Origin: Octopus vulgaris
Lineage: Eukaryota
Assembly (NCBI GenBank): GCA_951406725.2
Contig: OX597817.1
Span: forward strand, 28,706,001 to 28,770,000
Length of the DNA: 64,000 bases
Reading direction: 5' to 3'
Shown one piece after another: positions 54,355 to 64,000 of this stretch; the stretch's first letter is position 1; every line of letters starts with the position of its first letter. The notes under the pieces are model-generated. The model was not told where the DNA came from and did not search any database. It was given only the letters and a program-made list of their open reading frames with translations. Both the position numbers and the translations under genes were made by a program.

Positions 54355-55310
54355 TTCATCATCGTTTTATGTCCATTTTCCATGCTGGCATGGGTTGGCT
54401 GGTTTGGCATGGAGCTGAGGAGCTGTCCAGACTCCAAGTTGTCTGTTGTGGCATGGTTTTTACGGTTGGATGCCCTTCCTAATGCCAACCACTTTATAGA
54501 GTTTGCTAGGTGCTTCTATCACATGCCACCAGCATGGACGCATTTTAGCAGCATTGGCATGGGTGCATTTTATGTGACACCAGCACTTTGCAAAGGACAT
54601 GAATGGAAGACAAAGATTTTGCTTAACCTGACATGCCTTTTAAAGTACAGAAAATTGCCATAATTCCTGGTCCTTTGTCATTTCCTCAACATCTGAAGAT
54701 CCTTTCTCACCACTTCATCCCACATCTTCATGAGTCTACGCTTTCCACTGGTTCCCTCTACAATTAGAGCTTGGCACTTCTTTACATAGATGTTCTCATC
54801 CATATGCATCACATGACCAAACCAGCACGGTCTCCTCTCTTGCACACAACATCTGATGCCTCTTATACCCAGTTTTTCTCTTAAATCATTTACACTGTTG
54901 TGCATGCACAGTGACATTACCCATCTAAAAGAGCATGCTAGCTTCATTTCTTTCAAGCCTTCAAAAGTCCTCTGTAGTCAAAGCCCACATGTCACTGCTG
55001 TGTAACAAAGTTGTGCATACACAGGCATCATACAATCTGTCTTACATTCTGAGGGAGAGGCCTTAATTACCAACAGAGGTAGAAGCTGTCTGAACTTTGC
55101 CCAGCCCATTCTTATTCTAGCAACTACACTTTCAGAACTTCCTTCACCATGGCTAACTTGGTCTCTTAGGTAACAAAATCTGTCTACTACTTCTAATAAT
55201 GATGCCCCAAGCATTTGAGGGAGTCTATTATCTGCATACTTCTAGTGTTTATTGTACCCACACATTTGCCTCACACAAAGACTATTTTTTCCATTAACCC
55301 ACCTGTGATA
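54355..55310 (-). mobile_element. RTE-clade LINE 3' fragment (ORF C-terminus plus 3' UTR)
   Basis: LEVVDRFCYL...ARIRMGWAKFRQLLPLL and LREKLGIRGIRCCVQERRPCWFGHVMHMDEN...WDEVVRKDL; the UTR is family C. Confidence 0.9.
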
Positions 55311-55319
55311 CTGCTAAGT

Positions 55320-55569
55320 AGTTTGATAACTTTATTGTGAATAAGATAACAAAAATATTTACATTTTTATCAAAATATGCTACCTGTTTTTTAATCAATT
55401 TTACAATCATTTAATCATGTTATAAGAGAAGGGAAAACACATATATTCTTATTTTCCCTCTTTTCTACAGCATGACTAAATCATTTTTAAAATGTTTGAA
55501 ACCAGTAACATATATTGATAAAAATGTAAATATTTCCTTTCTTATATTCATAACGAATTTTGCTGAGCT
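55320..55569. repeat. ~250-bp imperfect foldback (old MITE-like palindrome)
   Basis: AAATATTTACATTTTTATCAA / TTGATAAAAATGTAAATATTT are a perfect 21-bp inverted pair; inner arms ATTTAATCATGTTATAAGAGAAGGGAAAA / TTTTCCCTCTTTTCTACAGCATGACTAAAT. Confidence 0.8.
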
Positions 55570-55635
55570 TTTTCTTTGTACTTTTTAATATATGTACATA
55601 TCTATGAAAAAGAATACTTGTTATTTTCTACTCAC

Positions 55636-55707
55636 CAAATCCAAATAAAAAAAATATGTTAGAATGTCCTTGGGAGCTTTGAAAGCTGGTACTCACCGTT
55701 ATCTCAG
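55636..55707 (-). other. Candidate small exon with two alternative donors (11 nt or 72 nt)
   Basis: Minus strand ACTAAC branch point, pyrimidine tract, TAG acceptor, then GTGAGT after 11 nt and again after 72 nt; the 72-nt form is open in phase 1-1. Confidence 0.3.
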
Positions 55708-58700
55708 CTAATTAACACAGACATAAAGAGACAAAAAAATAGTTAGTCCTTTCTTTACCATGATAAGGACTGATTTCAATAAGATTATAAGCTTACTCCA
55801 AACCCTATTTACTAAGTTCAAGGTTAAAGGAGACAAAGGGAAAACCTCAAAGAGGCTTTATTAATTTTATGCGGTCATTTCTTTGTAAATTATCTCACGA
55901 ATTAGTATTCGTGTATGTAAAGCACACATATTTTACCCATCAGTCTAAGATTTGAAATAGTTTAAAACTTTTTGTCTAAGCATTGGTTAGACTATATTTT
56001 ACTGATGTGTAATTGTGAAAGTGAATCACATGTCTGTTGTTGTCAACGTACCACTAAAGATCAGACTCACACTTCACTGCATTACATTTTTAATTAATTT
56101 ATATTAATTAAAATTCTGGGTTGTCTCATCTGATTTTCTCAACAAGATAATGAATTTTTCTCATTGCTAAGGCTGTAATCTTAATTAATTAAAATTCTTG
56201 GCTCCCTATATCAAATATTTAAGTATTCACTTTACTATTAAATATAGATTTGAAGCTATATTAGTAAAGATGTGATGGGATGACCAAATGGAAGGTGTCC
56301 TGAACTTTCAGCTCAAGGATTACTAAAAATTTCTAATCCAATGCTGATGTCTTCAACGGTATTTTCTGCAGAAGATTATTCAGTATGTATCATTTTTGTC
56401 ACCTGTGGGGAGTTGGCTCTAGAATTTTGGAAGAGTTATTTGTAATAGATCAAATTTCTGTCTCATGAAATTATCTCATCTGCTTCAGAAATTGAACCAC
56501 AATATCAGAAGGATTAAAGTTTTGTCAACAGCTCTATGACAAAATGTCTTTGAAACCTGATACTTTGACAAGACAGAGTTATTTCAAACTCTGCAAAGAA
56601 CACAATAACTTTTTCAACTATTGAGATGCAATAAAATAAATTCTAGTAAAAAGTGAGGTGTCAAAACTGAAAGAAATAGTAAGTCACATGACCAAAATTT
56701 TTATTCAATTCTTTGTTGTCATTTGTCTGCTTCTTGCTTTTATTATATTAATATATTAAAAAGCAACAGATTGTTCTAAATTTTGTAAATTTCCATTCAG
56801 AATCCTTCTGAGAATAAATTTTCTTTTCAATTCAATAAAATTTCAGTTAAACTCATGAGCCTTGAAAATAGTTTTATTTTAGTCTTGGTATTTTAAGCCA
56901 AAGTTATCAAGATATATATATTAAATGCAAACTCTCCACTTTTAGAAAGATAATATATAAGTTTTGTTAAGTCTAATAACACATTTTCTAGTGCCATAAA
57001 ACTTATAGTATTCTGTTTAATTAGAATGCCTTTAAATATTACATAATATTGAGACTGTATTGTTCAAGAAGCTCATTTTTAACAAACATGTACATATACA
57101 AATAAATAATTGTGTGGGTCTTTCCACTACAAGATGGTTTTTAACCAAAATAGTTTTTTTTTTCTTTTTTCTAAAATCATTAGAGATATTTTTAACACCT
57201 TGAAAGAAATTTCTTCAATTTTGAACTCTACATACGATTACATAATTACTTGACATTGAAATTTTTAATTTTATTTCCTTTATGATAGATATTTTGGCAA
57301 TATTATTTCCAAATTTCATGTGTGTAAAAATATAATTCCTTTATTTTCCTTTGAATGTTTATTCTTTTAGCACTGATACGTACAAGTAGCATAAGATAAG
57401 TCAGAAATACTTTAAGTTGAAGATTAGTTTAGCATCGTAATATTTTGGAATGAAAATAATCATTTTAGCTTGTTACATAAAGCAAAATATGAAATAGACC
57501 AGTGTAAATGATAAAAGCTATATAAGAAGTCATTGGAGCATGAAAACCTGAAATTGATAATGATTATTTTTGTGAGATTTAAACATTAATTGACCTGAAA
57601 AGTATATATAAAATATGTTGTATTTTGATAAAGATGATTCAAAATATAGATATGAAAAAAGTAGCTGTTCAGTTTTTGATTTACCATTAACTGTAACAAT
57701 TACATGTACCTATCGTTCAGTATTATCAATGTGATCATGTTATCAGTTCATCAGAATTTGAAAGACAAGAACAACTCACAGAAGACATTCTGGCACTCAA
57801 AGAATAAAGAATATATTTAATGTAACTAATCAAGCTTTTTAGAATGTTTAACATGTTTTTATTTATTTATTTATTTATTTGGTGCTTTTCATATTTTTCA
57901 AAGCCATTATTCACAGATTGTAATTTTTTCCCCTGACAACAAAGAATTTTTATCTCTTCATTAATCTTCTTTTTCTTTTTTATGGTGTCAGAGATAAAAT
58001 TGCTGTACTGCTTTCTTATACTCTGTTACCAATAAACTTAAATTGAAAGGAGTATTAACCAAATGATGATAATAACAGTAATAATAATTATCATCATCAT
58101 ACATATCTTTCAGCATCATCATTATGACGGTGGTCATAGTCATAAAAATATGTATGAGGATGATAATTATCACACAGAAACAATTAAGTAGAAACATTTA
58201 TGATTATACTGACAATAATGCTAATAAGGTTTTGCTGCAGGAAACAAAAATGGATCAGAGTCCAACAGTTAATTTTTTTAATTATTTGTTAATAATTTTC
58301 GAGCAAAGGTCACATTTGTCCTCTTTTTATATCATATATTTCAATAATTTTATGACAAATAATTTTCATATAATTATGCAGAGCTCATCCATATTGCATT
58401 GCTTTTATTTATATAATGCTGTTCATTTGTGCAAAACACTCAGTTTTGAAGTAGTTATATTGCTGTAAAGCATGTTTAATGAATAAATAATAGAAACTTT
58501 AAAGAATCCTACAAGTCTACTTAGAACTTCATGGAAGACATCGATATATTTGAATTTATCCTTATTTAATAAAGACCATCAGAGGATAATTTTCTTTTGT
58601 CTTTTTCAAAGTCAGATTAGAGAATTTATATTTTAAGCAAAAATGTATTATCATTAACATCGTTTTATATTGTTAAAGATCACGGTAAGATACTTTTATA

Positions 58701-59143
58701 TTTTTTAACCCCAAGAATTGCTTTGAAACACTTGTAACATGTATCATTATCTATAATTAATTAGGATTTATTAACAATTTCATGCATTGCTCTCTGTGAC
58801 AGATGTGATTATTATGAAATATTAATTGGATGTTGCTTAGAATGTAGTAGTTGTTAATAATGTGTTTACTTTTCAGGTATTTTTACTAAACACGAGGAAA
58901 ATAGAAACTAAATCAAATGACAGTATTAGGCCTTAATTTTTTTAATTCTGGGTTAGACTAATGAGGAAGCATAGCATACATCACCCTTTCTCAGAGCCAG
59001 CATGAAGAAAAGCAGAAATTACCCTCTGACATGTGACCTAGCCTGAATGCTTCCAATTGATTGTTACTGATGGCAATACCTGTAATAGTCACTATATAGT
59101 TGTATTATTATAATAGGAAAAAAAGTTAAGAAATCCTACTTAG

Positions 59144-59380
59144 ATATATATAAAGTTAATCTAAACAAGAAAACACAAAAAAAACACAGCAACGCGAGGA
59201 CGTGGAACAAATAAAGTATTATTGGACGCTCAGGAAAGAAGGGAAGGAGGGTTTGACGTTTCGAGCGGAGCTCTTCGTCGTAAACAAAGGAGAAGGAAAA
59301 ATCCCGAGAAGGGAAGACAGAGGAAAAAGAAATTGCTGGCGGTGCTCACGAGGTCACATGTTAGATATATATATATATAA
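59144..59380 (-). mobile_element. Short Penelope-like repeat carrying a minimal hammerhead relic
   Basis: CpG-rich segment bounded by (TA)n on both sides; minus strand GTTT-ACGACGA-A-GAGC TCC GCTC-GAAA-CG-TC-AAAC at 59251-59285. Confidence 0.7.
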
Positions 59381-60539
59381 AAGGATGAATTAATATTGTA
59401 ATGAATTATTAGACAGTCAATAGTTTATTCCTATATTGAATTTATCTTTATAATTGAATTATATCAATATCTATAAGGTATCCAACTGATGTACCAGTTA
59501 ATTGGATGTTTAACACACCCCTTTGAAGGATTTCTTTTCCTCAGTTTGTTACTTTATATATACATACATAATGTCACATATTACAAAAGTTTCAAAGTGA
59601 TTCTGCTATTAAAGGTACCCAAGGACTAGGAGAACTTAAACTTTTTACTTATTCATTATTTTGGTAGGGGTATGTACTTGAAAATAGGTGTTTCTTGTAT
59701 GCATTTACAAAAACTGGCTCTGTTATACAATTTATGAATAATGTTTTTGAAACATCAAGCTTAAAAGCCTCATAATAAAACCATCTACATAGAACTATAC
59801 TACCTGGCAAATTTCCAAAGAAAAATGATTTATTGTAATTTATGATATTGACTTTGTTAGCAGAGGCTACATATGACATTCACATATGTCGCAAGAGAAA
59901 ACTACAATAACTTTAGAAGTATCATTATACATTAAATTCTACTTAATTATTTAAAAGTGGTTTCTCTAAGACAATTGGTACCTAGCAATATGTAATCTTC
60001 AAATTCAATTTTGTCAGCACATTTGACTATTCTTAATGCATTAAGTTTAAGGTCCTTAGAATAAAATACATTTCTGTGAAGATAAAGTACTTAAGTGCTT
60101 TGTAACCATGGTATCAGAATAAAGGTCCACTAAATTTGGAATGTAAAAGGAATGTTTGAGATTAATGTGATCAAATCCAAGTTACACAGGAAAAGAAATG
60201 GTTTTCTATCATAGAAATTGAAGAAATAATGCATGCGATGTTGTGAGAAGACTTGCAAGATCTGGATTTTCTTTTTATGAGCTTTTGGAAGAAAGTAGTA
60301 CTGAAAAAGTTGTTTTGCTGAGCATGAGAGCACAAAAAAGGATGTACTGAGTGAGATAGGTGAAAACAATGGTAGCCAGAATAGTGATTACATGTACAAT
60401 AGGGATATGCTCAGAGAGATATAGTACCCCAAGCAGAGTTACCCTCTGATCTAGAGGATTATGCACAGGAAATATTCAACAGAATGACTGAATTGATAGT
60501 GTGTGCTAAATCAACAAGATTATGTCACCCTATGATTTG

Positions 60540-61720
60540 TGATGTAGAAAAACTCTATGGTGAAACCATGAAGGTAGATAGTGTTATATATTATGTACAG
60601 ATGGAATACAAGCAAAGACTGCTTCAAAAGTGATAGCCCGAAAGAAATTTTTTCAAATTGCGATGGACCAAATTAAGCTGCTGATCTCCAATAAAGTTGT
60701 GAAAGTCAGGAGGTACTTGAAACGAATTGCTCAGTATGTATAAAATAAGCTCTTTTATTCAACCCAACTCCAATTTTATAGATGTTTCAGTGGTAAGATC
60801 AAAAATCATGTGCTTCTGACCTGGAAAAAAGGAACATACATTTCGTCAGACCTGTAGTATCAGTCAGTAGAACATTACAAGGATACAAACTGGTTGGCAT
60901 CAGTGAAAAGGAACAAATAACCAAGACTGTGGATGAACAAAATCCAGTCAGAATAATACTTGAGGAGGAAGACATGTTTCTACCAAACTGGAAATTGCTA
61001 GGGTTGGCTGGAATCCATGGCTTTTTGGAGAAAGGATTCATGAGTATACAAAGGACACTGGCTTTTCTTCTGGATTACGGCACTTTTGATTGTGTGGTAT
61101 TGACCTGGATAGTTGGAGGACGAATGATCCTTATGAAACCATTTACAGGGTTCAAAAGATCACCTCACAGTTGACAAAATAGTTCTGAGGATCTGCAAAA
61201 AAAACCCTGAAAACCAATTTATTGATGGCCTGGATAGATTTCCAGAAAGCTTGTGATCGAGTACCGCACTCATAGATTTCAGGGTCCTTCAAAATGTTTA
61301 GATCTCTGAGAATATACAAAATCTAATGAGTGAAAGCATGAAAAAATGGAGTATCACACTGTTTTCTAGTGGCTAAGAGTTTGGCATCCTTCAAGGTGAC
61401 TCATTTTGTCCCTTCTCTTATTGCTCTGATGTATCTGAACATGGTGCTTCAGAAGACGGGTAGGTTATTATCTGGGGAAAAAAATGGGACAGGACCTTAA
61501 TCATCTCCTTTTTATAGATGTGTTTTAGCTGTATAAAAATACACCAAATATATTGGACACACTGTTTAGATAGTGAGTACAGACATACAGATAGAGATGG
61601 CATCACAAAATATGTGATAGTCACAATACACTGGGTAAAATAATAGAAGTGAATTAATATTACTCAATGGAAAAAAGAGCGAAAGACCCTGAGGTGAAGT
61701 TAGGTGTGTTAAGATATAGA
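60540..61720 (+). mobile_element. R4/Dong-like (RLE-clade) RT fragment, decayed
   Basis: PNWKLLGLAGIHGF (PNWK.PG.DG..GFW), TWIVGGRMILMK, AWIDFQKACDRVPHS, GILQGDS, NHLL; many frameshifts. Confidence 0.8.
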
Positions 61721-62034
61721 ATTTTGGTGACACAAATCAGTTTCTACAAGATTGTTCATCATGCTAGTAATAGCAGTCAGGTTTTTTTCAAATTGCACCC
61801 AACTATAATAAAGAATAAATTGATCAATGTATTATGGATATACAATAAATTTGGATTGATCATGGCTAGAATGCTTTTGATGAAAAATCTGCTAAATCAT
61901 TGTAGAACTGGGGCTAAACAATAACAACAACAACAAAATGTTTCTCTTTCTCTCAGAAAGACAGATTCTCTGACACATGTATAATAGGCTTGATGATGCA
62001 TAATAGTGAGACATGACCATTGATTTCAGTTCAT

Positions 62035-62395
62035 TGGCAGAGACTAGAGGGAAATGAGTCAAATATGAATTGTTTGATGTGCAGTGTTAACCTAATGAAA
62101 CTCAGAGAGCATATGTGATTTAAGAGAGTGATTAGAAATTATAGTTTTCAGCTAATGTATGCAGGAAAATTAACTGCTCGGTGAGACAAATGGACAGTGA
62201 ATGCTGTGTGAAAAGGTGCAAAATATTAACAGCTGAAAATAACCAATGTAAAGAAGACCTGAGAAAGGCATAGGATGAAGTGGTGAGTCTTATGGAGAAA
62301 ATGATAATGGATTGTTACAAGTTTTGTATGCTTAAGGCTGATTATTTTGTGCAGGCCAGCATGATAAAATGCATTCTAAATGAAAACTAATAATG
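62035..62395 (+). mobile_element. Decayed RTE 3' end
   Basis: CVKRCKILTAE...LRKA*DEVV resembles the C-terminus in 54678-54956; ends GGCCAGCATGATAAAATG. Confidence 0.55.
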
Positions 62396-64000
62396 ACTAT
62401 CATACTTTGTTAGTAGGTTGATTTACTGATAAACACTTGTGGAATTATGCATGCTAAGATATTGAATAACAGTAAACTGATGGAAAATAAATATCATCCT
62501 ACATCTGAAAACACAAGTTAAAATAATATGAATCTATAGATTCTTAAAACTAAAAACTGAGACAAGAATCTACATTACCTGTCTATTGTTTACTTTGTCT
62601 GGGGTCATTCTAAACTTTCTATAATTGTAAGCTTATCAAATATCGTTTTCATTCTTTCAAATAAAATTGACAATGTGTAGTGGTAATCTGTCTCTTTCTA
62701 ATTGAAATCTTTCAGAACATAAATAAATAAAATAAATACAAATGCTAAAAAAAATTAGCAGTTAGGTATAAAAGAAAATAATTTATAAAACAAATTCTAC
62801 AAGGAGATACAAATAGATGGTGATTTATTTGATGTTTGCTAAATTTATAGCATCTTCACTTCTGTAATGACAGAATTATAATCACTCTGAATAGAAAAAA
62901 GTAGAAACCATAGTATTGTTAATGAATCATTTTCTTCACAAATCAATACAATTACCTGCTACATTCAACACTGGCAAACAAAAATGGAATATGGATAAAC
63001 TATGGCTCATCGAATTAATACATGCTCACATTGGAAATGTTTGCTATTTTAATTCTCATCTGAAGAACAATTATGATTAGGAAATCTCAGTCAGCAAATG
63101 AAGACGAATAGTAGAATAAATAATTTGAAATTCTTTCTTGATATCTTATTGATATGTCTAAAAATGCAAAATTATTTACACTTTTAAAAGTACTTGAATA
63201 TTTACATGTCCCATGTCACAAATTTTAGCATTGCATTCTTTGGTCACCAAATATTTAATATTGTTATTCTTGAAATAGATATTTGGGAATGAGTTACATG
63301 CTAAAAAAGAAGGATATATCTCTTTAATTGTATTTTTCTTCTACTTTGTAGTATTTGTTGCCCTGCTTGGCATCTTCCTTCTTATCTTTCTTAGCTGTGC
63401 TATCATATTGCAAATTAGTATATTTTAATATGGTATTTGCAAGTTCTGAAAATACTTCACATTTAATCAGTTGCTAAAATCTATGCCTGACATGAGAGCA
63501 CTGAAAGTTCACAATTATAAGTTGTTGATAGATAAGATTTTTACCCACTGCATTAAACTGTTAACCCTCTGTCAATCCTATTTTTCTTTGTTTTTATGCT
63601 GGAACATACATTATCTACCTACAAATATGCCAAATATACTTCTAACATAATGTTCTTCTGTTATGCATCTTGCTTCATTCAAGCATCCTTTCTCTTTCTC
63701 ATAATTTTTTGTGTGTACTTTGAAACTCCTTTACTTGCATTTTTTCTTCCAGCCAGAAGTTGCTGTTCCATACTCAATCATCACTGTCTATCAGTTTTGG
63801 CAGATTTTAAAGTGCTGTGGGGTCTGCTTCCCCATATCAGAGTAATAAAAAAAAATTGTAAATGAAAAGCTGTGTTAACTGCAGTAGGATGTAAACTACA
63901 AAAAGCAGTAACTCTTTATCTAACTAATTAGTATAGTAACTGCATAACATGAGTGATTGAGGTGAACCATTTCAGACAGCATTCTTTCAAAATCTGCTTA

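Noticed and set aside
57773-57815. Further minus-strand AG...GT microexon-like spacings (10 nt here, 17 nt near 51475)
   Set aside because: Not multiples of 3 and weaker context; they show how easily such patterns arise by chance.

Overview
AT-rich, repeat-dense eukaryotic DNA. The tRNA-derived SINE families, RTE/R4/CR1 relics and long (TA/TG/CA)n tracts look like an octopus (coleoid cephalopod) genome; this assignment is from recognition, not a search. No intact protein-coding gene is present, and the ORF-track entries are translated microsatellites, low-complexity tracts or TE relics. The first 94 bp may be the 3' end of a + strand coding exon (open frame VKNLSVNERKRKGPANVAVNSSLPTSSHTK, then GTGAGT), so much of the window may be intron. 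Mobile DNA includes several SINE families, decayed RTE, CR1-like and R4/Dong-like LINEs, an internally deleted mariner, a pogo-like MITE, a complete non-autonomous Helitron and a Helentron-type element. The most interesting signals are: (i) a Penelope-like element at ~24.3-24.8 kb with ~145-bp inverted arms around a hammerhead ribozyme motif that has an unusually long stem II, the arm boundary falling at the predicted cleavage site; (ii) two further minimal hammerhead relics; (iii) a ~250-bp foldback at 55.3-55.6 kb; (iv) SINE/LINE tail sharing with a structure-preserving stem-loop; (v) weak candidate minus-strand small exons. Boundaries were read by eye and are approximate for old elements. 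I found no convincing novel protein-coding system.
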